A program made the position numbers and the translations under genes. A stretch of 63,782 bases of DNA, the filler included, from Octopus bimaculoides (lineage: Eukaryota): the NCBI RefSeq assembly GCF_001194135.2. It is 9 parts of 8 records of this genome, joined end to end, with 100 filler letters (N's around TTAATTAATTAA, not from the genome) between each part and the next. Parts side by side here need not be neighbours in the genome. Positions count along the whole stretch, not along the records: positions 8,164 to 20,187 come from NC_068981.1; positions 20,288 to 22,839 come from NC_069003.1; positions 22,940 to 26,092 come from NW_026373836.1; 6 more parts are not named here. One strand, 5' to 3'. How positions within the stretch are numbered: position 1 is the first letter of the stretch; every line of letters begins with the position of its first letter. Below the pieces are notes generated by a model. It made no database searches, was not told where the DNA came from, and saw nothing but the letters and a program-made list of their open reading frames with translations. Positions 10,719 to 25,176 of this stretch are shown piece after piece.

Positions 10719-11320
10719 TGCCTGAACTGCAAAAGAAACTCGAGACATATGTGACTGAAATATGCTTTAATTTCATTATGTCAGTGATAACTTTTGATAA
10801 ACTGAAAGACAATTTCTTGGATGTACTTTGACCACAGTCTATGGGTTGTTGTTATGTGTTCTGGACGTGAGCGGACCCAGCAAATCGAGATTGTAGGGTG
10901 TGACATGTTCAATACCGTGTATGCTCTCCTTGGGTATTCAAAACGGCCATACACCGTCGGTACATGGAGTGCATGGGGTGGTTTACAAAAGCCATCGGCA
11001 CTTGTGCTCACACCCCGAGGAAAGCTGCCTACAGTTCGAAACCAGTTGTCAGCCTTGGGACAACCTGTTTCAGCCAAATCTGGGCTGAGAGCCGGCCATG
11101 GCATTGTCCTGATATTGTGCTGACGCAGGAAGTGCATTGTGACCCTGGCCGTGTGGAAGGGAGCATTGTCCTGCTGGAAAACGTGGCTATGGTGATGTGC
11201 AAAGAAAATCACGATGTGAGGTCTTAGGATATGGTCAACATAGCGCTGCGCTGTGATAACATTCACTCAACCTGCACCAACATTTTGGAACACACAGGGA
11301 CCAGTTCTCTCATTCAGGTC
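10719..11320 (-). mobile_element. Tc1-like DNA transposon 3' fragment
   Basis: ORF has TAQRYVDHILRPH..VFQQDNAPFHTARVT..WPALSPDL. A second frame gives ..SMYRRCMAVLNTQGEHTRY*. TIR-like ctgaactgcaaaagaaac near 10720. Confidence 0.85.
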
Positions 11321-12904
11321 TATAGCACCCCATTTCCTTTATATTTCTTTTCTGCTAATCATTGGTAACTGACAATAACATCTCTATTTTTTAATTTTGC
11401 CATTGTTTTCATTACTTCCCTCTGAACTTATGTCGCAATGCATATATCACTATATATGTAGCAACACATACCTCAGAAATCTGATGGTAATTTCATTCCT
11501 TTTTGTGCTTATGCGATACGTTCATGCTGATGTTGTTATTGATCAAAGACAAATAAAATAAGACGAAAAGTTCAGCGAAAGTGCTGAAACCATCAACAGC
11601 ATGGCCTCTTTCTTATGTCTTCACCGTTGCAATGCTTTCATTCATGAATTTTCGAAAATACATTGTTTCTAATTAGGACAGTTATATAGGCATTCGGTTC
11701 TGTTTCACTCCATCAAGGCCGACTTGGTGGTCCATTTATTATATACATTTAGATTATATTTCAGACCATAATTTTGCTGCACTTGCGCATCGAAATAATG
11801 AACCAGACCTCTAAGTATTTATTTAGAATACTGTTTATATGTGTCATCAATGTAATATCTTATTCCAAGTATTCGACATTCTACCTCATTCTTTTTTTAA
11901 CCACAATATGCAACATACAAATCAAATTATTACTAAATTAGTTTGATTCTCCTAAATATCACTTTGGACGCTATCCTGCTATATTCTGGGGCTTGAAATA
12001 TTCGGGGATTGTACATACACATTCAATCCTCTCAATGACCACGCAAAATACTACTAACAGCAGCAACATTATCAACACGTGACACTTAGATACTCACAGC
12101 GTAACATTATCTATTGTATTCCCCAACAGTACACTTACGTATCAACAGTACATTTCCGTATTGCTATATTATATTTATTTCGTTAGGCTATTTCTACTTG
12201 CTATTTCAAAACCCAATACTGAGGTCTACCATGCACTACTTTTTCGGTTCACATGAAAATAATTTTGTCGCAATTAGAAGGGAGTAATATAATATTTTTA
12301 AGTGCTAATCGACGAGAATAATGTAAAACTTCAGACGAGAAGCGTCGTTTGAATGAACAACGGTGTCTTGGTGGCACCTTCCTGACTAAATATCAAAGAC
12401 TGTATAGATTACAGAGCACAGAAAGTACTCACATAATAAAAGAAAAGTTTGCAAAATGCAACTACGTCAGACAAATGACTCCTCAAAGTTTGTTCGACCA
12501 ATCAATTTTAAAGAAACTATAGTTCTTATCAACTATAAGGTGAAAACCATTCGACTTGTAAGGACAATATGTGGTTGATGGAAAATTTCAGCGAGATACT
12601 ATAGAAATATCAAAAACAATTTCTGATGTGTTAATGGGAAGATTTTACTAACGCCTATCCTATTAACGCCTATTACTGAACGTAAAGATTTCTTACCTTC
12701 GAATTTAGACTAATGAAAGCATTACAATTTGTTGTGTAAAAGAAAGACTGGTCCTTTGGTCCTTTCATATCTTTTCGTCGTCAAGAACAGAATATGTGCA
12801 GTTTTCTGAAGTTTTAGATTATTCTTTTGAGGTTTTTCAGAGATGATCTGCAAAAAAACAAAAAAACAAAAAAAAAACAAAAACAAAATCGGATCGACGT
12901 TATA

Positions 12905-13200
12905 ATATTGTTGGGTATTGCATCATGATAACTCATTCGCTCATTTTTCATTCGGCGCCAGGGATGTTTTGACAACGAACAAAATAATGGTCATTTCACA
13001 TTCTCCAAACTCGTCTAAACTACACCCCTTTAACATTATTATATATCTGAAAATGAAACTGCTGACTATAGCTGAAACTAAAACGGAATCACAGGTGATA
13101 TAATATGGTGTTAAATAAGAGGAAGTTTGGAATGTTTTAACGAGCGCAAGATGCACTAGTATCGATGTGTACACACCAAAGGATAGCATGCCAATATAGA
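12905..13200 (+). pseudogene. mariner transposase C-terminal fragment
   Basis: LHHDNSFAH..RDVLTTNKIMVISHSPNSSKLHP matches mariner LHHDNAPAH..HPPYSPDLAP. Confidence 0.75.
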
Positions 13201-14639
13201 TGATGCTTAAACATAAGTAAAATAAGAAGTAAATTATTTACTGGAGTACAAGCGTATATTTGTAACTTTGTTCTAAGAACATTCTTATTCCAACTAGTTT
13301 AATATCTTTGGATGCCGAGTTCAATCGCACTTTTGTTACACGTTTGTTATACAAGCGGCAGGTGCATTTGATATACGATTGGCATCGACCGATAAACATA
13401 CATATTTGTGTATGTGGGTGACTGTGCTTAATTTAAACATGTGTTAAGAGAGCTCAGTTGTATACGGCGTCATTTTCATTGTATGAGTTATAACTGTTCA
13501 CAAACAAACACACAAACGCCCACGCACACTTACACATACTCCTATACAAAACAAGTAATTATTTTCATAAAAGGCGTTTCTATTTATTAAAAATGCTATT
13601 CATTTTAGTAACCTAATTAAGAAGATTATTGCTTCGTTCTCATTATTACACTTTACAAAGAAGGCATAGGATTAGCGCTATTGTGACAGAACTCTGGGGT
13701 CATTCCTTATGACATTTGAGAAAACAGTGAATGGAATTCAGTAGAGGCTATAATTTACGAGGTATAACATAAGTGTGAGATGATAAGCATAGCACATAAA
13801 ATCAATTCAAAATTCAACTTTTCTGAGAAGAAATCGGTTTAGTTGTTTGTTGGTGAAGATACTCAAGACTAATTTTCACGAGTCTCTAAATTGGCTTATA
13901 GCAATAACGCAGGAGATTTTCTATTAGTTGTTGCATATAGTACATGGTAATATTTTTATTTTTCATGGTTAAAATTTTACCAAAACTAAATATATTTTCC
14001 GGAAGCAATAAAACCGTTTTCACTTCTGTTCTTGTATACTCTTCGCTTTCTTCGAATTGCAGTTTCTTCTGCATTATTTACATTTTCTCATATTTCAGAA
14101 GCAATTATATCGCTTCAGAGTTTAATTTCTCTACAGAGTATATATACAATCCACAATAATGTAATCAGTTTTTCAAAGTTTTTAATTCATTTTCTTTCGG
14201 ACAGAGTTATGGGAGTTGAAAAGTCTACTGACTGCTCTCGTTTTTTTGTGTATTTTTTTAGTATNNNNNNNNNNNNNNNNNNNNNNNNNNNNNNNNNNNN
14301 NNNNNNNNNNNNNNNNNNNNNNNNNNNNNNNNNNNNNNNNNNNNNNNNNNNNNNNNNNNNNNNNNNNNNNNNNNNNNNNNNNNNNNNNNNNNNNNNNNNN
14401 NNNNNNNNNNNNNNNNNNNNNNNNNNNNNNNNNNNNNNNNNNNNNNNNNNNNNNNNNNNNNNNNNNNNNNNNNNNNNNNNNNNNNNNNNNNNNNNNNNNN
14501 NNNNNNNNNNNNNNNNNNNNNNNNNNNNNNNNNNNNNNNNNNNNNNNNNNNNNNNNNNNNNNNNNNNNNNNNNNNNNNNNNNNNNNNNNNNNTATATATA
14601 TATATATGTATATACATATAAAATTTAAATACTGTTTGC

Positions 14640-14954
14640 ATAGGGTCGACTTCTAACAAAATGAAATTATGTATGGCTCAACATATGAATTCTTTTAAGA
14701 ATAGAAATTTAATTAATTCTACTGGCCTTAGTAAATATATATCGGAACTAAAATCTAAAAATATTTCGTACAATATAAATTGGGAGATAGCTTGTAATGC
14801 TAAATCTTATCGAATAGGTAATGATTTTTGTTTATTATTTACTAATGAATTTAAGAAGATATTATTAACTGATTATAAAAAATTGGTTAATTCTCTAGAT
14901 GATCGAAAAATTAAATTCAAACATAAGTTAAATTACTTATATAAGTTTAGCTAA
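14640..14954 (+). pseudogene. Penelope-like GIY-YIG endonuclease C-terminal fragment
   Basis: QHMNSFKNRNLINSTGLSKYISELKSKNISYNINWEI..AKSY..FCLL matches PLE H..SF..STELSKYIW.LK..Y.I.WEI..A.PY..C.LC. Confidence 0.8.
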
Positions 14955-15216
14955 TTTATGTATTTATATAAACCCTATTTTATGCTACTAATTGTTGTAA
15001 TTATGATTTGTAGTAAGCACGATATTATAAAGGATATATTACATATTTAGAATAAGATAAGATGTTTATAAAATAAATAAATTCATAAATTAATGAATAT
15101 AGATTAAATTATTGTAATTTAGCTTCATTTCTGTATATCATATATAATATATTTCACGTATTTTAGATTTACTTTATTTAGACTATAGAGTTTTCAAATA
15201 AATGATACACTACACT

Positions 15217-15620
15217 CTCTTTCACTTATTTCAGTCATTTGACTGTGGCCATGCTAGAGCACCGCCTTTAGTTGAGCAAATTGACTCCAGGACTTATTCT
15301 TTGTTAGCCTAGTACTTATTCTATCGGTCTCTTTTTCGGAACCGCTAGGTTACGGGTATGTAAACACACCAGCATCGGTTGTCAAGCGGTGTTGGGGGGA
15401 CAAACACAGACACACAAACATATACACACACATACATATATATATATACGTATATACGACGGGCTTCTTTCAGTTTCCGTCTACCAAATCAACTCACAAG
15501 GCTTTGGTCGGCCCAAGGCTATAGTAGAAGACACTTGCCCAAGGTGCCACGGAGTGAGACTGAACCAGGAACCAAGTGGTTCGTAAGAAAGCTACTCACC
15601 ACACAGCCACTCCTGCGCCT
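15217..15620 (-). mobile_element. SINE family A, full length
   Basis: Reverse complement of 24799-25176 from head to tail. Confidence 0.9.
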
Positions 15621-15878
15621 ACAGTTAATTTTTTCTTATTCTCACATCTAAAATACATTACGTCATCTTAACGCTTTAAATACATATTTCTATCTCAATA
15701 TTCCGTAATTTTTTTAAATTTACGCCATATTTTCACGCGATATATTTCTTATAAACGCTAAGTTCTACGTAATACGTTTAAAATTTTAGTTTACAACATT
15801 TCTTCGGTAAGATAAGTTACTCTTTTTTTTATTTTAAGAAATATCGTTAAATGTTTTTCGATTATTTATTGTTAAAAC

Positions 15879-15909
<31 letters not shown>

Positions 15910-16029
15910 TCAGTGTATGTATTGTAACTTATAATAAATATCAAATAAATATTATTATTATTAAAATATTTCTTTTTATATTTATAACTAATGTTTATCG
16001 ATTTTATTTAACTCTCAATTTCGTTAGTT

Positions 16030-16127
16030 ATGGAACTTACAGGTAAGATCGAACCCCTATTTTGGAATTCATCTTTGAAGGATATTCCTATGCCATCTAG
16101 AAAGGAATATATTTTGAAATATAATAT
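16030..16127 (+). pseudogene. Penelope-like ORF N-terminal stub
   Basis: MELTGKIEPLFWNSSLKDIPMPSRKEYILK resembles the PLE N-terminal NYSLKNIPIPSKKEYLLK. Short, so only moderate support. Confidence 0.45.
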
Positions 16128-16232
16128 GAATAATACTACTGCTATTTAGCCCTAGGAAGCTGCACCGCTTCCTGTCGTCCTTGACACATTTCCACTGCAG
16201 CTTCCTAGGGCTAAATAGCAGTAGTATTATTC
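16128..16232. repeat. Perfect 37-bp inverted repeat with 31-nt loop
   Basis: 16128-16164 gaataatactactgctatttagccctaggaagctgca is the exact reverse complement of 16196-16232. Confidence 0.95.
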
Positions 16233-16344
16233 CCTTCATGGGATTGTCATATTAAGTTGACAGTGTACAACTATTTTATCGTATCACTACTGCATAAATC
16301 TCTGTGACAGATTTAGAAATGTATTATATACATATACATATACA

Positions 16345-16378
<34 letters not shown>

Positions 16379-16556
16379 CATACATACATATATATATATA
16401 TATATNNNNNNNNNNNNNNNNNNNNNNNNNNNNNNNNNNNNNNNNNNNNNNNNNNNNNNNNNNNNNNNNNNNNNNNNNNNNNNNNNNNNNNNNNNNNNNN
16501 NNNNNNNNNNNNNNNNNNNNNNNNNNNNNNNNNNNNNNNNNNNNNNGATATATATA

Positions 16557-17403
16557 TATGCTGTCCCAAATGTCATTGAGGGGTTTCAGTTATTAACAAC
16601 TTCCGTAATTTTACAAATAAATACATAAAATTTTGATACAATATAAATGACATAAGTCAAATTTTGAAACACATCCAAATCACATTGAAAAATGACATCG
16701 CTTAAATGTCAGCCATTTTCTGCTTCGCGCGCCCGTGCTCTTTCCAAAACTTGCACCATAACACCCTCAAGAGTTTCAGACTTCACCTCTCTGATTTCCC
16801 TATTGATGTTCTCCTTCATTTGCACCAAGGTATCCGGCTTGTTGACGTGAATCCTCTCCTTCAAGTATACCCACAAGAAAAAATACGGGCTAGTCAAGTT
16901 TGGGGAACGTGAAGGCCAGTTGACATTGAGTAACGGGAGACTATTCTCTCTCCAAATGATTGCTGTAGCAACTGTATTTTTTTCTCTTGTGGTATGAGCA
17001 GTTACCCCATGGAACCATGTGTGAAGTCTACCTTGAACGGCCGGGCGCAAAAATGTCTCTATCATGGATACCTGAAAGATAGAGTTTACGTCAACAAACC
17101 GTAGACCCTGGTGCAACTGAACGTGAACATCAATGAAGAAATCATAGAAGTGGGGTTTGAAACTCTTGAGGGTGTTATGGTGCAAGTTTTGGAAAGAGGA
17201 CAGGCGTGCGAAGCCAAAAATGGTTGCCAATGAAGTCATGTCATTTTTCATATGTGACGTAGTGGTGTCGCGAAATTTAACTTACGTATATTCATTTCTA
17301 TTACGTCCTTTACATTGTATCAAAATTGCATGCATTTATTTGTAAATTTAAGGAAGTTATTAAAAATCGAAACCCATCAGTGACCTTTGTATCAGTGACC
17401 CTG
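16557..17403. mobile_element. Foldback Tc1/mariner derivative carrying the transposase 3' end on both arms
   Basis: Left arm (about 16557-16872) and right arm (about 17066-17403) are inverted copies. The minus ORF has TWFHGVTAHT..NWPSRSPNLTSPYFFLWVYLKERIHVNKPDTL (maT/rosa-like WPPRSPDL..DFFLWGYLK). TA follows the right end. Confidence 0.85.
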
Positions 17404-17438
17404 TAAATGAGGTTGTATACATATCTATATATCTATCT

Positions 17439-17561
17439 ATATATATGTATACATATACACGATTGCATGCGTATACATAATATATATGTATACATATACA
17501 CGATTACATGCGCATACATAATATATATGTATACATATACACGATTACATGCGCATACATA
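17439..17561. repeat. 41-bp minisatellite x3
   Basis: Unit atatatatgtatacatatacacgattacatgcgcatacata at 17439, 17480 and 17521. Confidence 0.9.
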
Positions 17562-17635
<74 letters not shown>

Positions 17636-18199
17636 TATATATAAATATACACTTACGCGTGTGCGCGCACATACATACGCGCACAAATACGCATATCGCT
17701 GTTGTAAATTGTTGTTTTTATAACTCTAATACCATTATGTATAATAAGAATGCGTCTGTATAAACAAGCAGCAACACACAGGTCCGCATATGCATGCATG
17801 CATACATACATTTACGTATGCATGTGTGTGTCTACGTGTATGTATGTATGTACGCATACATCTATATACAAATATTTATATATATATATATATATATATA
17901 CATATNNNNNNNNNNNNNNNNNNNNNNNNNNNNNNNNNNNNNNNNNNNNNNNNNNNNNNNNNNNNNNNNNNNNNNNNNNNNNNNNNNNNNNNNNNNNNNN
18001 NNNNNNNNNNNNNNNNNNNNNNNNNNNNNNNNNNNNNNNNNNNNNNNNNNNNNNNNNNNNNNNNNNNNNNNNNNNNNNNNNNNNNNNNNNNNNNNNNNNN
18101 NNNNNNNNNNNNNNNNNNNNNNNNNNNNNNNNNNNNNNNNNNNNNNNNNNNNNNNNNNNNNNNNNNNNNNNNNNNNNNNNNNNNNNNNNNNNNNNNNNN

Positions 18200-18325
18200 T
18201 GTGTACTGGTGGAACGTGAAATAGGGCGTGTTGCTCAAAAACACACCACACATCCCGCTCCTGGAGTCGAACTCACAACCTCACGATCGTAAGCTCGCTG
18301 CTTTAACAACTGAGCCATGCACCTT

Positions 18326-18326
<1 letters not shown>
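18200..18326 (-). mobile_element. tRNA(Arg)-like SINE head (family C)
   Basis: Minus strand: A box tggctcagttgtt, ttACGat anticodon-like loop, B box gagttcgactcc, then a gtgtttttgagcaacac core instead of a tRNA 3' stem. Confidence 0.75.
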
Positions 18327-18373
<47 letters not shown>

Positions 18374-18971
18374 CACATGCATGTATGTGTTCTAAAATGA
18401 TACTTTAAAATAGATATATAAACTCAGAAAAACTCATTCATATACGCATACATATATTTACACCCCACCTCAACACACATACACTCATATAGACACAGAT
18501 ATATGTATTAATGTGTGTGAAGTTTTTGTTTAGTGTGGAGAATCTCCAGATGTGATCTTTATTGATATTTTATTTCATATCTTCACTGTAAATCTGAAAT
18601 TATAACATTTGAAGCAATAGATTTTTTTTCAGGAAATCGGTTTGAGTGCTTCGAACTAATACTATTTTTAAATAGCATGCTGATAATATAATCAATATAT
18701 ATATAATTGAGCCCGACAGATTAATAAGTAAAATTTAATTATACTTGAATATATAGTCTACTATTTTTGTAAATCTGAATTTAATTGAGCAGAATATATG
18801 TTTTTTGCGAAAAGCAATGTGAAGGAGTTGCGATATAAAGTAAAACATTTTAGCAGAGATGACAATGTAACTTGATAGAAATGCGCGCACACACACACGC
18901 GCGCGCTTTCGCGAGCACACACGCACAACAAAACATACACCCGCACATGCACACACGCACCCCCCCACACA

Positions 18972-19006
<35 letters not shown>

Positions 19007-19014
19007 ATCTATAA

Positions 19015-19708
19015 CTTTTATCTTTTGTTTCAGTCAATAGACTGCAGCCATGCTGGGGCAACGTCGTGAATAGTTTCGGACGAACGAATCAATCCCAGTA
19101 CTTTTTAAAGCCCGGTATGTGTTATATCCATCCATTCTGTTGAACGACTAATATAGGGGGACGTATACACACCATCACCGGTTGTCAAGTGGTGATGGTA
19201 GGGACAGGCAGAAAGTCACAAATACACACAAACACACACAAACACATATATTTACAGCAGGTTTCTTTCAGTTTCTGTCTACCAAATCAACTCACAAGGC
19301 TCTGGTTGGCTCCAGAGTATAGTATGGGGTGGACCAAAAGTCTTGTCACCCCCTACCGAGAAGTAGTAAGAACAATAGAGTAGCAATATAATAATATCAA
19401 ACACGTACTGATTTTAGTATATTCACCTTCATTGACACTAATACTGTCACACAACGAGAAGGTCTGTATAAACACCTCCATTTTTGTGGCACAAAATGAG
19501 GCGGTGCCATATTCTCTGTGATATTTTACGAAGCTGTGCTTTGGTGATTGCTGCAAAGGTTGCCGAAACAGCGTCCTTCAACTGTTGGGTATTCTAGTGT
19601 CACTCTTGCGAAACCTTCTTGATAATAGACAATTAAAACAATATTTACAAGAGATGATAAGACTTTCGGACTCCCCCTTAGAAAAAACTTGCACAAGGTG
19701 CCATGCAG
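19015..19708 (-). mobile_element. SINE family A copy split by a MITE
   Basis: SINE text tatagTA|...|TAgaaaaaacttgcacaaggtgcc resumes after the insert. Confidence 0.85.
19325..19678 (-). mobile_element. 354-bp Tc1/mariner MITE, copy 2, with TA target-site duplication
   Basis: TA at 19323-19324 and 19679-19680; 26-bp imperfect TIRs. The interior encodes QQLKDAVSATFAAITKAQLRKISQRIWHRLILCHKNGGVYTD* (transposase-like C-terminus). Confidence 0.9.
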
Positions 19709-20144
19709 CTGAATGAATATAGATACATGTACATATATACATATATATGTGTGAGTGTATGTGTGCGAACTCTTAACAATGATATTTTTATTGCTTTACT
19801 TACAATTTAAGTAGACTTGTTTTATTTTTGAAAATACTGCCCTCGTATTCTGTTGCACGAATCCGAATGTTTACATTTCCAATTACTCGAAAGCGTTTAT
19901 AGGTCTTATATACAGCTCTCCCAAGTGAATTTCCGTAGATACCTTATGTTGTAGCTATTTGGCTGCCATTGAAGGTGGATTTCATTTTTTTTGGAAATGA
20001 ATGCGCATTCACAGCATGTCTTACCAAGTGCATGAGTGGTTGTATTATCATAGTGCACCTTGGGCAGCTGTCGTCTACTATAGCCACGGGCCGGCCAAAA
20101 CCCTGTGAGTGGATTTGGTAGATAGAACCTGAAAGAAGACCGTC

Positions 20145-20187
<43 letters not shown>

Positions 20188-20287
20188 NNNNNNNNNNNNN
20201 NNNNNNNNNNNNNNNNNNNNNNNNNNNNNNNTTAATTAATTAANNNNNNNNNNNNNNNNNNNNNNNNNNNNNNNNNNNNNNNNNNNN

Positions 20288-20320
<33 letters not shown>

Positions 20321-20767
20321 ACGTATGTGTGTGCACCTACATACGAGAAAATGTGTGAGTATATATATGTATATATATAATATACACGCACTCATGTGTA
20401 GGTACATAGTATGTATATATGAATATGTTTTTCTGTGTGTAAGTAAGTGTGAATACATGTATATTTGTGTGTCTTCATATGTATATGGTTGTGTGTGTCG
20501 TCTACCTGTTCAGCGGGAAATGGTAAAACCACTTTGGAGAAGGGAGCTGCTGTCTTGTTATTTACCCTATATTGTAGAAGCTATTCTTCGACGACGGTTT
20601 TTTTTTAAAGTCTTTTTACGAAGCAAAAGGCATTTTCTTTGATTAATAAAACACATACATACAACTACACAAAAACACACACACACATAGCGCTAAATTA
20701 TATCAAATACATTTGTCTGTATATACATATATGTATGTGTGTTGATATCTATATCTGTGTATATTGT

Positions 20768-20805
<38 letters not shown>

Positions 20806-21707
20806 AAATATATATATATATATATATAGAAAAATATATATATATATACCGGAGTATATATAGAAAAATATATATATATATACCGGAGTATATATATATA
20901 TATATATATATATATANNNNNNNNNNNNNNNNNNNNNNNNNNNNNNNNNNNNNNNNNNNNNNNNNNNNNNNNNNNNNNNNNNNNNNNNNNNNNNNNNNNN
21001 NNNNNNNNNNNNNNNNNNNNNNNNNNNNNNNNNNNNNNNNNNNNNNNNNNNNNNNNNNNNNNNNNNNNNNNNNNNNNNNNNNNNNNNNNNNNNNNNNNNN
21101 NNNNNNNNNNNNNNNNNNNNNNNNNNNNNNNNNNNNNNNNNNNNNNNNNNNNNNNNNNNNNNNNNNNNNNNNNNNNNNNNNNNNNNNNNNNNNNNNNNNN
21201 NNNNNNNNNNNNNNNNNNNNNNNNNNNNNNNNNNNNNNNNNNNNNNNNNNNNNNNNNNNNNNNNNNNNNNNNNNNNNNNNNNNNNNNNNNNNNNNNNNNN
21301 NNNNNNNNNNNNNNNNNNNNNNNNNNNNNNNNNNNNNNNNNNNNNNNNNNNNNNNNNNNNNNNNNNNNNNNNNNNNNNNNNNNNNNNNNNNNNNNNNNNN
21401 NNNNNNNNNNNNNNNNNNNNNNNNNNNNNNNNNNNNNNNNNNNNNNNNNNNNNNNNNNNNNNNNNNNNNNNNNNNNNNNNNNNNNNNNNNNNNNNNNNNN
21501 NNNNNNNNNNNNNNNNNNNNNNNNNNNNNNNNNNNNNNNNNNNNNNNNNNNNNNNNNNNNNNNNNNNNNNNNNNNNNNNNNNNNNNNNNNNNNNNNNNNN
21601 NNNNNNNNNNNNNNNNNNNNNNNNNNNNNNNNNNNNNNNNNNNNNNNNNNNNNNNNNNNNNNNNNNNNNNNNNNNNNNNNNNNNNNNNNNNNNNNNNNNN
21701 NNNNNNN

Positions 21708-21744
<37 letters not shown>

Positions 21745-21775
21745 GTGTATGTGTCTATATGTATGTGTATATTAC

Positions 21776-21818
<43 letters not shown>

Positions 21819-22059
21819 TATGTATGTATATATTGCAATTGTGTCTATGTATATATGTGTATTATATATTATACTTGTACATATGTGTATATTATGTATA
21901 CATATATCATGTGTATATTAGTATGTATTGTATACGTGTGTATATCCTATATTTTTGTGTATGTTACATATGTCTTGTCTATATGCATACACACGCACAT
22001 ATTTTTTCATCGGGTTAACTCGAAGTAGATAAAGCTATATAAATGATAACCGAGTAACA

Positions 22060-22485
22060 AAAATACTGTGTGAATAGCAAAAATCGGTGACGCGACCAAA
22101 ACTAGAGTTGCGACAATGAAGAGAGAGAGAGAGAGAGAGTTGAGCTCCAAAAAGTCTGTGGAATTTCTAAAATCTAAGGGAATTTCGAAAGTAACAAGGG
22201 CCGTCAAAGCGCCGTTTTCTAACGGTTCCAGCCCGTTGGGTTTTGGTATTCATTCATGTGCGAATCCTGCGTGAATTAGGAAACGGTGACGATTGAAATT
22301 TCGTAAATAGAATTTATAAGTTTTCGCCGTATATTGGTCTATGGATAATGGATTTAATACTACCAATGAAATACTAGGTTCGATATTCGCTTTGGCCCCA
22401 CCCCAACTTCCGGCCTTCTCTGCTAATATAAGAAGCATTTATATTATTTTAATATATGATTCTGTCCCTGTCCATAATCCAGATC

Positions 22486-22524
<39 letters not shown>

Positions 22525-22587
22525 GTAATTGTGTATATTGTATTCCAAAATGGAAGTTATGCAATTTATTTTTCGGAATCGGTAAGT
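22060..22587 (+). promoter_or_regulatory. Candidate promoter / non-coding first exon
   Basis: CpG-retaining stretch with no repeat I recognise. ETS-type CTTCCGG near 22406-22412 and a consensus donor G|GTAAGT at 22581/22582. Inference only. Confidence 0.3.
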
Positions 22588-22961
22588 TCTGTTGTGTTTT
22601 AGTTATAGTCACTGGATTGCGACCAGACTGGGGCATCGCTTTGAAAGGTTTCTTTAATCGAAGAATTTGATTCAGTATTTATATATAATTTTTTTTTAAA
22701 AGTCTATGACTTGTTCTATCGGATTCTCTCTTGCGAACCGCTTGCTTGCGGGGACGTAAACAAACCGACTCCGCGACGCTGATGGTCAAGCGGTGGTAGT
22801 GGATATTATGTATGTATGTATGTATGTATGTATACACACNNNNNNNNNNNNNNNNNNNNNNNNNNNNNNNNNNNNNNNNNNNNTTAATTAATTAANNNNN
22901 NNNNNNNNNNNNNNNNNNNNNNNNNNNNNNNNNNNNNNNATGATAAAAGAGATAGGGTCAT

Positions 22962-24135
<1,174 letters not shown>

Positions 24136-24767
24136 AAAACGTAGATTCTTCTTTGGTATGAATTTTTAATATTCCTGCGCTTCGTGCAATGGAAGATATG
24201 ACGAAAGTATTTTAAAACGTTTATATTTTTCTTGTTTTGTTTATGCAATTTTTACCTCTCTTTGCTCCACNNNNNNNNNNNNNNNNNNNNNNNNNNNNNN
24301 NNNNNNNNNNNNNNNNNNNNNNNNNNNNNNNNNNNNNNNNNNNNNNNNNNNNNNNNNNNNNNNNNNNNNNNNNNNNNNNNNNNNNNNNNNNNNNNNNNNN
24401 NNNNNNNNNNNNNNNNNNNNNNNNNNNNNNNNNNNNNNNNNNNNNNNNNNNNNNNNNNNNNNNNNNNNNNNNNNNNNNNNNNNNNNNNNNNNNNNNNNNN
24501 NNNNNNNNNNNNNNNNNNNNNNNNNNNNNNNNNNNNNNNNNNNNNNNNNNNNNNNNNNNNNNNNNNNNNNNNNNNNNNNNNNNNNNNNNNNNNNNNNNNN
24601 NNNNNNNNNNNNNNNNNNNNNNNNNNNNNNNNNNNNNNNNNNNNNNNNNNNNNNNNNNNNNNNNNNNNNNNNNNNNNNNNNNNNNNNNNNNNNNNNNNNN
24701 NNNNNNNNNNNNNNNNNNNNNNNNNNNNNNNNNNNNNNNNNNNNNNNNNNNNNNNNNNNNNNNNNNN

Positions 24768-24798
<31 letters not shown>

Positions 24799-24800
<2 letters not shown>

Positions 24801-25176
24801 TGTAGGAGTGGCTATGTCGTAAGTAGCTTGCTTACCAACCACATGGTTCCGGGTTCAGTCCCACTGCGTGGCACCTTGGGCAGGGGTCTTCTGCTATAGC
24901 CTCGGGCCGACCAAAGCCTTGTGAGTGGATTTGGTAGACGGAAACTGAAAGAAGCCTGTCGTATATATGTATGTGTGTTTGTGTCTGTGCTTGTCCCCCC
25001 ACCATTGCTTGACAATCGATGGTGGTGTGTTTACGTCCCCGTAACCTAGCGATTCAGCAAAAACCGATAGAATAAGTACTAGGCTTACAAGGAATAAGTC
25101 CTGGGATCGATTTTCTCGACTAAAGGCGGTGCTCCAGCATGGTCACGGTCAAGTGACTGAAACAAGTAAAAGAGTA
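24799..25176 (+). mobile_element. SINE family A, full length, young-looking (reference copy)
   Basis: tRNA-like head (A box tggctatgtcgt, B box gggttcagtccc), CORE-like gcaccttgggca, internal (TA)/(TG) spacer, tail ending gaaacaagtaaaagag. Confidence 0.9.

Noticed and set aside
11473-11583. Minus-strand exon with strong donor GAG|GTATGT
   Set aside because: All three frames contain stops; at most a non-coding exon, and unsupported.
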